Part shown: in pieces, positions 8,626-17,700 of the stretch
Numbering within the stretch: position 1 is the first letter of the stretch
Layout of the letters: the number at the start of each line of letters is the position of its first letter
Assembly (NCBI GenBank): GCA_964591715.1
Contig: CAZQDR010000001.1
Span: 1,487 to 65,486 of the forward strand
Direction: 5' to 3'
DNA length: 64,000 nt
Origin: an uncultured Candidatus Saccharibacteria bacterium
GTDB taxonomy: Bacteria > Patescibacteriota > Minisyncoccia > Phycocordibacterales > JACOZG01
The notes under the pieces: generated by a model
Told to the model about the DNA's origin: nothing
What the model saw: the letters and a program-made list of their open reading frames with translations, nothing else
The model's database searches: none
Program-made: the position numbers and the translations under genes

Positions 8626-9400
8626 GAACGAGTCCATCACTGTCCAATCGGACGATAGTTGACCTGTCCTGAAGCCAAAAAGTTCCTCATTAGGCAGCAA
8701 TGTTTGATGAGGAACCCTTTTCAGAGATTTTAAATTTACGATTTGAATTTTCTGAAGAGGGTACGTCAGTAGAGATGTCTCCCAAAAGAGACGATTGGTA
8801 CGATGTACCCTCTAAATAGATCTTTGCGAATTGGTGAGTGGGACGATAATGTGGTTGCTTTAAGCGAATGGGTTCCTGTCCCACTCACCACAATAGGTGC
8901 TTAAGAACTAGAACCTTCCTGTCCGATTGGACGATGTTAACTGTGTTCTTAAGCCAACCCCTGGCTCGCCAATGCGCGTCAGGGGTCCTCTTCAGAGTTC
9001 ATAATGTTTTGTGGGTTCTGAAGAGGGTACGATTATCGGTTTGACTCAAAAGAGACGAGAAAGGAGATGTACCCTCTAAAATAAGCTAGCTCTTTCTGTA
9101 CGAGGTGAGTGGGACGATGTTAGTGCTGCTTTAAAGCTAATGAATTCATGTCCCACTCACCACAATAGGTGGCTTGAGAACGAGAACAGTGATGTCCACT
9201 CGGACGAGCCCCTCCTTGTTCTTAAGCCAACCCCTGATTCGCCACCGCGAATCAGGGGTCCTCTTCAGAGTTCATAAGATTTTGTGATTTCTGAAGAGGG
9301 TACGAATCATCGAATGTCTGAAAAGACGATACGATTACTGTACCCTCTAAATATCTGAGACGAAAGGCGGTTTGTTCTAACGATAGCCACACTGTCTCAG
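8619..9400 (+). ncRNA. downstream stem-loop TIGR-like guide array, 9 dual-spacer units
   Basis: Units: 8619-8676 GTCCATCAC/TAGTTGACC; 8756-8813 CAGTAGAGA/TTGGTACGA; 8832-8890 TAATGTGGT/ATGGGTTCC; 8899-8954 GAACCTTCC/TGTTAACTG; 9022-9077 TTATCGGTT/GAAAGGAGA; 9104-9161 TGTTAGTGC/ATGAATTCA; 9171-9228 GAACAGTGA/GCCCCTCCT; 9295-9348 ATCATCGAA/TACGATTAC; 9355-9400 AAGGCGGTT/TAGCCACAC. Confidence 0.9.
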
Positions 9401-9403
9401 CAG

Positions 9404-9438
9404 TCACCCCGAGTTTTCTTGGGGTGATTTTTTATTTT
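9404..9438 (+). terminator. intrinsic terminator closing the array
   Basis: TCACCCCGAG-loop-CTTGGGGTGA followed by TTTTTTATTTT. Confidence 0.8.
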
Positions 9439-11675
9439 GCAAAAATGGCGGCCTCGTCAAACTTAATGGAAAGGAGTTTGGAAACACCATCGTTCGACAT
9501 GGTGACACCGTAGATTACACCCGCATGACTCATCGTCTCGCGGTTATGGGTAATTAAAATTAATTGGGAGTGATTGGCCAGATTAGCCACCATCTCACCG
9601 TACTTTTTAGAGTTCGCCTCATCCAGCGCCGCGTCCGTCTCATCTAAGATTAAAAATGGCGGTGGATTAACTTGAGACATTGCAAACAAAAGCGCGATTG
9701 AGGTTAACGCCCGTTCGCCGCCCGAGAGCATCTCAAGCGCCCGGATCTTTTTGCGGGGCAAATTAACTTTGATCTCGATCCCCTCCTTGGCCGGTTCTTG
9801 GGGCTCGCCCAATTCGCGCATGGATCGTCCCAGCTGGGCCTCCTCATCATCGGCATCGGCTTCCCCGCCGCGACGGTTCTTCTCCGCAATCAGAGAGAGG
9901 CCGGCGGTACCACCGCCAAACATCAAGGCAAAAAATTCTTGGAAGTGCGTATTGATTTTATGAATCCCATCTTTAAACTCGCTGTCGATTTTGTTCTGTA
10001 AATCTTTAATTATTTCCTTAAGCGCCACACCACTGGCCTCTAGGTCGCTAATTTCTTTAGCTAAAAAGACATCGCGCTCGGTCGCCTCGTGATACTCCTT
10101 TACTGTGTCGGTTGACTCAATCCCTAAATCCTCAAGCCGAATTTTTGCCCGCTCAATTTTGCGGCGGCGCTCCTCTTGGGCCGAGCGGTCGTTGTCGGCC
10201 ACTAAAGTTAAGCCAAGCTCCCGGTAGCGCACCACCTCGGTATCAACCAACACCTTGGCCTCATCCAACTCGCGTTTAAAGTTCTCGGTTTCAATTTTTA
10301 AAGTATTCTCTCGCGCCGCCAAAGTACCCAAGCGCGCGGCCAGCTCACTGCGGCGCGCCCGCAATTCGTAAGTCTCGCGCTCCGCTTCGCGCGCTTGCTT
10401 AACTCGCTCGGCCATTTTGACCGAGAGATCCGCCCGCGCTAATTGGAGCACCCGCTCCCGTTCACCGACCGTCTCCAGTTCGGCCTCTACCTTCGCCTTC
10501 TCCTCATGAATGCCCGCCAGCTCGGTCTCCGCGCTTTGGTCTGCCTCACGCGAGCGGCCGTGCTCTAAAAATTCGGTAATGGCCGTCCGGATCCGCGTCA
10601 AAAAACCTTTAACCGAACCAACGTCAAACAAGCGCTCGGCCTGATCGACATAGCTCTTTATCGTTTCGGTAAAAGTTGTCACCTCCGAGAAGCTGTAGTC
10701 GCGCTCCAACTCTTCCGCCCGGGTCCGAGCGGCCGCCTCCTTAATTTCCTGCATCCCTTCCAGCCGACCCAGGCGGCGCGCCAGTTCATCACGGCGGCCA
10801 GCCAGTTGCCGCAGCTCTTTATCAATCTCCTGCAACTGGGTTTGTTCTTCCCAACTCTCGCCGTTGTGATGTTGACCCAGTTCACCAAGTTTGCGATCAA
10901 TATCTGCCAGCTCGGCTGTCGGCCGTTCCCGCTCGTCACGCAGCACCAGCGTCTCGCGAGCTAAATATTCCTCCTCGCGCTGAAGATATTCTAAATATAA
11001 TTGTTTAAGTTCAAGCCGCAGCGCGTCGGCCTGTTCAATCTTCTCCATCTGCTTTTTCAAAAAGCGCAAATGCGGCGCGAGCTCGCGCCGCAGCGACTCT
11101 ACCTGCTTTAAATTTTCCTCGGTCCTCTCCAACTTCTTCTCGCTTTCTTCAATCTTCCACTGATACAAGCGCAGCCCGAGCGCGTCCTCAATCATCACTC
11201 GACGCTCGCTGGCATTGGCGCTTAAGATCCGATCCGCGTCACCCTGGTTTACAATATAGTGATCGGAGGAACCCAGACTAACCGCTGCCAAAAGTTCGAT
11301 AATATCGCGAAAGCGGACCTGGGAACCGTTAATTAAATAAACATTAGTCCCGTCACGATAAACCTCGCGGGTAATTGAGACTTCATCAAAATCAACATTA
11401 AACTTTCGGTCATGATTATCAAAGACGAGCGTTACCGCCGCGCGGTTCATCTTGCTGGCATTGCCGCCACCGCCGTTAAAAATTAAATCCTCACCGCGAG
11501 CGCCGCGCAACGACTTCATTGAGCGCTCGCCTAAAACCCAGCGAAAGGCCTCGGCACAATTAGATTTGCCGGAACCGTTTGGTCCAACGATTGAGGTGAT
11601 GGGGCTATCAAACAAAAACGTCGTTTTGTGAGCAAAAGATTTGAAACCAGAGAGTTCTAACTGCTTGAGCCGCAT
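9432..11675 (-). CDS. smc: SMC family ATPase (short, 747 aa)
   Basis: IVGPNGSGKSN Walker A; LSGGE signature; LILDETDAALDEAN Walker B/D-loop; coiled coils. Confidence 0.9.
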   Translation of the reverse strand: MRLKQLELSGFKSFAHKTTFLFDSPITSIVGPNGSGKSNCAEAFRWVLGERSMKSLRGARGEDLIFNGGGGNASKMNRAAVTLVFDNHDRKFNVDFDEVSITREVYRDGTNVYLINGSQVRFRDIIELLAAVSLGSSDHYIVNQGDADRILSANASERRVMIEDALGLRLYQWKIEESEKKLERTEENLKQVESLRRELAPHLRFLKKQMEKIEQADALRLELKQLYLEYLQREEEYLARETLVLRDERERPTAELADIDRKLGELGQHHNGESWEEQTQLQEIDKELRQLAGRRDELARRLGRLEGMQEIKEAAARTRAEELERDYSFSEVTTFTETIKSYVDQAERLFDVGSVKGFLTRIRTAITEFLEHGRSREADQSAETELAGIHEEKAKVEAELETVGERERVLQLARADLSVKMAERVKQAREAERETYELRARRSELAARLGTLAARENTLKIETENFKRELDEAKVLVDTEVVRYRELGLTLVADNDRSAQEERRRKIERAKIRLEDLGIESTDTVKEYHEATERDVFLAKEISDLEASGVALKEIIKDLQNKIDSEFKDGIHKINTHFQEFFALMFGGGTAGLSLIAEKNRRGGEADADDEEAQLGRSMRELGEPQEPAKEGIEIKVNLPRKKIRALEMLSGGERALTSIALLFAMSQVNPPPFLILDETDAALDEANSKKYGEMVANLANHSQLILITHNRETMSHAGVIYGVTMSNDGVSKLLSIKFDEAAIFAK

Positions 11676-11678
11676 AGC

Positions 11679-12365
11679 CTAGGTGTGACGTTCGTTTTGT
11701 AAATCCCAGCCATTGGCGGCGAGGCCTGCCCGAGCCGCCTCTTGTTCGGCGCGCTGCTTGGATGGACCTTGACCCTTAGCCACCAGTTCGGAACCTAAAT
11801 ACAAACCAACGGTAAAAACTTTGTCATGATCCGGTCCAAGTTCGGACAACACTTTGTAGGTCGGCGTAATATCGCGTAGCTCCTGGGCTTGTTCCTGGAA
11901 GTAGCTTTTGGCATCCACCCATAATTTTTTGGCGACAATTTCGTCGGTCAGCGGTAATAAATATTTGCCGATAAAAATTTGCGCCGCCGCATAACCTTGA
12001 TCCAAATACATGGCGCCCACTATCGCCTCAAAAGTATTAGCTAAAATAACCTGTCGAGCGCGGCCGTTATCCTTGGCCTCGCCGCGCGAGAGCAACAAGT
12101 GATCGTTGACGCCCAGTTCGGCCGCCACACTACCTAGCGTTTCGGCATTTACCAGCGCGGCTCGGTAAGCCGTCAACTCACCCTCATCCCGATTAGGGTA
12201 TTTATGATAAAGATAATCGGTCACCACCAGTTCAAGCACAGCATCGCCCAAAAACTCCAACCGTTCGTTGTGGTCCAGTTTAATCTCCGGATGCTCATTT
12301 AAGTACGAGCGATGCAAGAGCGCCTGCTTAAGCAGTTCGTTATTTTTAAAATTAAAGTCAAACAT
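11679..12365 (-). CDS. rnc: ribonuclease III
   Basis: NERLEFLGDAVL signature plus dsRBD. Confidence 0.97.
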   Translation of the reverse strand: MFDFNFKNNELLKQALLHRSYLNEHPEIKLDHNERLEFLGDAVLELVVTDYLYHKYPNRDEGELTAYRAALVNAETLGSVAAELGVNDHLLLSRGEAKDNGRARQVILANTFEAIVGAMYLDQGYAAAQIFIGKYLLPLTDEIVAKKLWVDAKSYFQEQAQELRDITPTYKVLSELGPDHDKVFTVGLYLGSELVAKGQGPSKQRAEQEAARAGLAANGWDLQNERHT

Positions 12366-12369
12366 ACGG

Positions 12370-13269
12370 TTACGCGTTTAATAACTTGATGCCTTTGGTG
12401 ATGAAGGGTACCACATCATCATACATGCGCAAGTCAGGAATCTCTGCCAATTTAAACCAGCGCGCCTCGTCCAAACCACCTGACTTGGTAAGCTGAAGCT
12501 GACTCTTGTCTTTAGCCTCGGCCAAGAAATAAGAGACCTGCTTGCGGAGCTTGCCCTTCTCGGGATCGGAAGAAATATATTCGTTCTCGCCAAGCTTATC
12601 CTTAACGGTCACCTCCAGTGACATCTCATCCTTAATTTCGCGCTCGGTGGCTTGGAGTAGCTCCTCATCCGGTTGAATATGGCCCTTGGAGAGCGTCCAG
12701 TAACCGAAGACGTCGTGAACTAAAGCCAAGTAAACCTCGCCCGCGTCTTTGCAGTAAATAACCGCGCCGCCCAATTTCTCAACTGGCATCTGATCGTAAG
12801 GAATGTCTTTGATCCGCTTTTTCTTGGCCGGAATGTCGTCCTTGCCCGGCTCACCCATCTCTTTATAAACGGCACCCAAAACACCGTTAACGAACTTGCC
12901 GCTATTCTCCCCGCCAAAGGTCTTGGCCAGCTCGATCGCTTCGTTAATCGCCACGCGAGCGGGCACCTCTTTCTTATCAACAAACAATAGTTCGTAAAGC
13001 CCTAAACGCAAAATATTACGATCCGTAATCGCAATTTGGGCAATCGGCCACTCGGGGGCCGCCTTTTCAATTATAAAATCGAGTTTCTCGCGGCGCTTAG
13101 CGACGCCATCCGCCAGAGAGAGAATAAACGAAGTGTCTTCTAGTCCCGGCGCAAATTCTTGGGCATTACGTTCAACCACACCAGGGAGCGAGCTCTCAGG
13201 GTGTCCTCTGAAATCCCACTCGAAGAGGGATTGCAGTGCAATACTTCTGCCTAAATGCCGATTGGCCAT
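12370..13269 (-). CDS. nusB: transcription antitermination factor NusB fused to a C-terminal Nudix domain
   Basis: DRNILRLG...VAINEAIELAKTFG...FVNGVLG (NusB); KGHIQPDEELLQATEREIKDE (Nudix box-like). Confidence 0.9.
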   Translation of the reverse strand: MANRHLGRSIALQSLFEWDFRGHPESSLPGVVERNAQEFAPGLEDTSFILSLADGVAKRREKLDFIIEKAAPEWPIAQIAITDRNILRLGLYELLFVDKKEVPARVAINEAIELAKTFGGENSGKFVNGVLGAVYKEMGEPGKDDIPAKKKRIKDIPYDQMPVEKLGGAVIYCKDAGEVYLALVHDVFGYWTLSKGHIQPDEELLQATEREIKDEMSLEVTVKDKLGENEYISSDPEKGKLRKQVSYFLAEAKDKSQLQLTKSGGLDEARWFKLAEIPDLRMYDDVVPFITKGIKLLNA

Positions 13270-13292
13270 TTATAGTTTTGGACTAAAAGGTT

Positions 13293-13523
13293 CTACTTCT
13301 TGCCGCGAGCGGTAGCGGTTTTGGTTTTTGCTTCAGACTTTTGAGCCTTGGCTAAAACATTCAAAACTTCTCGGCCGCGGTAGGAACCGCATGACGGACA
13401 CGCCCGGTGGCGCATCGTTTTGGCGCCACATTTGGCGCACTCGGCAAGAGCCACACCCACCAACGCGTGGTGAGATCGGCGATTGCCAGTATGAGCCCGG
13501 GTATGTCGCATGCGTACAACCAT
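13293..13523 (-). CDS. rpmF: 50S ribosomal protein L32
   Basis: RRSHHAL...CAKCG...RHRACPSCGSYRGR. Confidence 0.93.
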   Translation of the reverse strand: MVVRMRHTRAHTGNRRSHHALVGVALAECAKCGAKTMRHRACPSCGSYRGREVLNVLAKAQKSEAKTKTATARGKK

Positions 13524-13540
13524 GGCAGGAGTATAGCTAA

Positions 13541-14143
13541 TTAGGGTAAAAAAGACAAGCGATGGCAGGAGGTCGGGCCGTGTTGCCGAATCTGACGATA
13601 ATGGGCGGCTGTACCGTAGCCTTTGTGCTGCTCAAAGCCATATTGGGGGAATTTTTTAGCCAAAGCGACCATGTAATGGTCGCGCCGGACCTTGGCCACA
13701 ATTGAAGCCAAAGCAATAATCAGCTCGCTTTCGTCGCCCCGAATAATTGTCCGCTGGTTGAGGTAGTTGGCCGGAGCTCGCAAACTGCCGTCCAAAAGTA
13801 CTTCGCTTTCGGCGGGCGAGACGGCTAGCCGATTTAAGCCGCATTTAATGCCCAGCCGAATGGCCGCCACAATTCCCTGATTATCAATCTGGAGATTACC
13901 GACCAAAGCGCTAGCGAACCGCAAAATCCCCTCGGCCTGGGCCTCTTTTAATTTGCCTAACCACTCTTCGCGCTGACGGGCCGACAGTTGCTTACTGTCC
14001 TTCACTCCCCGAAACAGCCGCTCGAGCTTCGGTAACTCGCGGTACTCAATTAGGACCACACCCACCGCCACCGGTCCCGCGAGCGGTCCCCGGCCGGCTT
14101 CATCAATGCCCACCAAATATTTAGACCGCGCTGTCACCGACAT
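13541..14143 (-). CDS. rnhB: ribonuclease HII
   Basis: VGIDEAGRGPLAGPV, DSKQLS, ASIVAKVRRD, HKGYGT; start at 14143 is a best guess. Confidence 0.93.
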   Translation of the reverse strand: MSVTARSKYLVGIDEAGRGPLAGPVAVGVVLIEYRELPKLERLFRGVKDSKQLSARQREEWLGKLKEAQAEGILRFASALVGNLQIDNQGIVAAIRLGIKCGLNRLAVSPAESEVLLDGSLRAPANYLNQRTIIRGDESELIIALASIVAKVRRDHYMVALAKKFPQYGFEQHKGYGTAAHYRQIRQHGPTSCHRLSFLP

Positions 14144-14351
14144 AACTAAAGCGAGGAAAGGTTTGACCATCACGCGTGACCAACTCGGTAAACATGGAGA
14201 GCGGCCGAACCCAAAGTTTGCCCGCCGGATTATCATAGAGCGCCTCGTAAATTACATAGAGCTCCATCGTCTCACTATGCTTACCCACCCCAATCACCCG
14301 ATACTGCCCACCTTTGAAGTGCTTGTAGATACCTGGTTTAATTTCACTCAT
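14121..14351 (-). CDS. DUF1653 domain protein
   Basis: GIYKHFKGGQYRVIGVGKHSET...LWVRPLSMF. Confidence 0.9.
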   Translation of the reverse strand: MSEIKPGIYKHFKGGQYRVIGVGKHSETMELYVIYEALYDNPAGKLWVRPLSMFTELVTRDGQTFPRFSYVGDSAV

Positions 14352-14549
14352 GATTTAATTTTAACATAAAAAAGCCGACCAGGGGTCGGCGTAAGGAGCA
14401 GTGGCGAACGAATTTGCCTATGAAGGAACATGATTCAGAATGAACATCTGCAGCAGAAATCGAGCCACCGTATTGCCCACCAGCAGCATCAGCCCCATAG
14501 ACACCACGAAGAGTGAGCCCCACATGAGCCAAGCTTTTGCGTACACCGA

Positions 14550-14681
14550 TTAGCTCTCCTTTGATTTTCCTTCCAGTTCCAGCATCAGGTAAAGGAAGGT
14601 GAAGAACACCAGACCGCCGAGAAAAAGGCCTCCAAAACGCACCAAGAACCACAGTTCATTTGTCGGAATTTCCATCAGCAT
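14550..14681 (-). CDS. small single-TM hypothetical protein (43 aa)
   Basis: Manual translation MLMEIPTNELWFLVRFGGLFLGGLVFFTFLYLMLELEGKSKES; SD-like GAAAGGGG upstream. Confidence 0.45.
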   Translation of the reverse strand: MLMEIPTNELWFLVRFGGLFLGGLVFFTFLYLMLELEGKSKES

Positions 14682-14761
14682 ACGGGTCCCCTTTCTGGCT
14701 CAAACAGTACCACTAAGGTAGAGATTAATCAACAATCAGTCGGTTTGCTATAATCAGGGCA

Positions 14762-17700
14762 ATGTCCTTTGTTCACCTCCACAATCACTCCAACTACTCA
14801 CTCTTAGACGGCCTGTCCAAAATTGACGAGATGGTAAAGCTGGCCAAAAAGTTTGGCATGCCGGCGCTCGCCTTGACTGATCACGGCACGATGTACGGCG
14901 CGATTGATTTTTATATGGCCTGCCAAAAAGCGGGCATCAAACCGATCATTGGCGTTGAGGCTTACATTGCGAACCGCACTCGTTTTGATAAAGAACCGAA
15001 CATCGACAACCGCCGCTATCACCTCACACTCTTGGCCAAAAATATGGCGGGCTACAAGAATCTGATTAAGATGGTAACTCACTCCAACTTGGAGGGCTTT
15101 TATTACAAACCAAGAATGGACAAGGACTTGTTGAAGTCGCACAGCGAAGGGCTGATCTGTTTGTCGGGCTGCTTGGGCTCGGAACTGTCGAAGATGCTCT
15201 GGAACAAAGATTATGCCGGGGCCGAGAAGGTGGCGCTGGAGCATCAAGAAATTTTCGGTAAGGGGAATTATTACCTAGAGATCATGCACCACCCCAAGAT
15301 CGAACGCCAACAAGAAATTAAACAGGAAATTATTAAGCTCGCCCGCCGACTTGATATTCCGCTGGTGGCCACGCAAGACGCGCACTACCTACATCCCGAC
15401 GATAATCTCGCCCACGATACTTTAGTGGCCATTCAAACCAACAGTTTTGATGAGACCAAGCGTTTCTCTAACCGCGATGAGGACTTTTCGTTTATCAGTC
15501 CGGCCACGGCCAAAGAATATTTTGCCGAGACGCCCGATGCTATTGCGAACACGCTTAAGATTGCCGAGGCTTGCAGTTTGGAGCTGACGCTCGGCAAATT
15601 CGTCTTTCCTAACTTCCCGATCCCGCCCGGCGAAACACCGGACTCCCTACTCCGCCAACTAACGGATGCAGGTATTAAAGAACGCGGGCTCGCCGACGAC
15701 GAACCGTCGCGCCAGCGGCTCGATCACGAGCTGGGCGTCATTGCGCTTAAAGGTTACGCCTCATACTTTTTGGTCGTGGCCGACCTGATCCGCTACGCCC
15801 AAGAGCACGGCATTTACTACAACATTCGTGGTTCGGTCGCCGGCTCCATGACGACCTTCGTTTTAAACATCACCAAAGTTAACCCGCTGGAGTACCAGAT
15901 CCCCTTCGAGCGCTTCTTAAACCCCGAGCGCCCATCCGCTCCCGATATTGATATGGACTTCGCCGATAATCGCCGTGACGAAATTATTGCTTACGCGCGT
16001 CACAAGTACGGTGATGACAAGGTGGCGCAAATTGGAACCTTTGGTTCGATGATGGCGCGCGGCGCCGTCCGCGATGTGGCGCGCGCGCTCGGCCACCCTT
16101 ATGCCACTGGCGACAAAATCTCTACCCTGATCCCGATGGGCAGCCAGGGCTTCCCCATGACGATCGAGCGCGCGCTTGAACTCACGCCCGAACTTAAAGA
16201 GCTCTACGACAAGGATGCCGACACCAAACAAATTATTGATCTGTCGTTAAAAATCGAGGGCAACCCGCGTCACATCTCGGTTCACGCCGCGGGTGTCGTC
16301 ATTGCCCCCGGTCCCCTTGATGAGTACGTGCCGCTGCAGTTTGATCCGAAGGGTGGCAAAATGATCACTCAATACGATATGTACGCCGTCGGTGAGGACG
16401 GCGTCGGTTTAACCAAGTTCGACTTTTTAGGTTTGCGCAACTTGGCCATTCTCTCGAGTGCCATCAACTTGGTAGAGCAGACCTTGGATCAAAAAATTGA
16501 TATTGAAACGATCCCGCTTAATGATCCTAAAACTTTTGCTATGCTCGCTCGCGGCGAGACCATTGGCCTCTTCCAGCTTAACGGCGCCGGGATGACGCGC
16601 TGGCTAAAGGAGCTGCGACCAACGACGATTCACGATATTAACGCCATGGTCGCGCTTTATCGCCCTGGTCCAATGCAATTTATTCCCGAGTATATTGAGC
16701 GCAAACATAATCCCAAATTAATTAAGTATCTTGATCCGTCGCTGGAAACAATTTTAAAACAAAGTTACGGTGTGCTCGTTTATCAGGACGACCTCTTGAT
16801 TATGGCACACGACTTGGCCGGCTACAGTTGGGGCGAGGTCGATAAATTCCGCAAGGCCGTTGGTAAAAAGATCCCCGAGCTCATGGCCGAACAGCGCGAG
16901 AAGTTTATAAAGGGTTGTATGGAGCACTCCAAGTGGAGCAAAGAAAAAGCGACCGAGATTTGGGCCTGGCTCGAACCGTTCGCCGCTTACGGCTTCAACA
17001 AAGCTCACTCGGCCTCTTACGGCCGCGTCGCTTACCAAACCGCCTATCTAAAAGCCAACTTCCCCGCCGAGTACATGACAGCTGTGCTCTCGGCGGAAAG
17101 TGGCAACACTGAGACCGTGACCGAAACTATTTCCGAATCAAAGCGCATGAGTATCCCCGTTTTGCCACCAGACATTAACGAAAGTTATGGTGACTTTACG
17201 GTTATTAAAGATAGCGCGGGTGATAAAATCCGCTTTGGTTTGTACACGATCAAAAATTTGGGGACGGAAATTTCGGACGTGATTGTGGCGGAACGCAAAG
17301 CTAAGGGACAGTACACTTCGATTGCCAACTTTTTAGAGCGAGTGAAGCATCGTAATTTAAATAAAAAATCACTGGAGTCGCTAATTAAAGCCGGCGCGCT
17401 CGACAGCTTAAATGAGGAGCGAGGAAAATTGCTCTACAATCTCGATAACCTGCTCGCCTTCCACCAAGAAACTATGAAGACCGGTGACAATCAGTCGTCA
17501 CTCTTCGGCCTGATGGCTGACACCTCAAGCATTCCGCAGCTCAAATTGCGCGAGTGCCTGCCGGTGGCCACAGCCGAGCGCTTGGCTTGGGAACGCGAAC
17601 TCTTGGGCGTTTATGTCTCCGGTCATCCGCTGGATGTCTATAAAGATAAATTTTTAAACAGCGAACATACGATTAAAAAAGCGCGCGAGACCGAGGATGG

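Noticed and set aside
6827-8884. Alternative ORFs over the guide locus (6827-7024, 6966-7193, 7056-7280, 7198-8154, 8690-8884 and others)
   Set aside because: They are antisense or shadow frames over the structured array or the main gene, with no recognisable motifs.
6746-9400. CRISPR array interpretation of the repeats
   Set aside because: There is no constant direct repeat with 30-40 nt spacers and no cas gene. The variable parts are paired 9-mers inside stem-loops.
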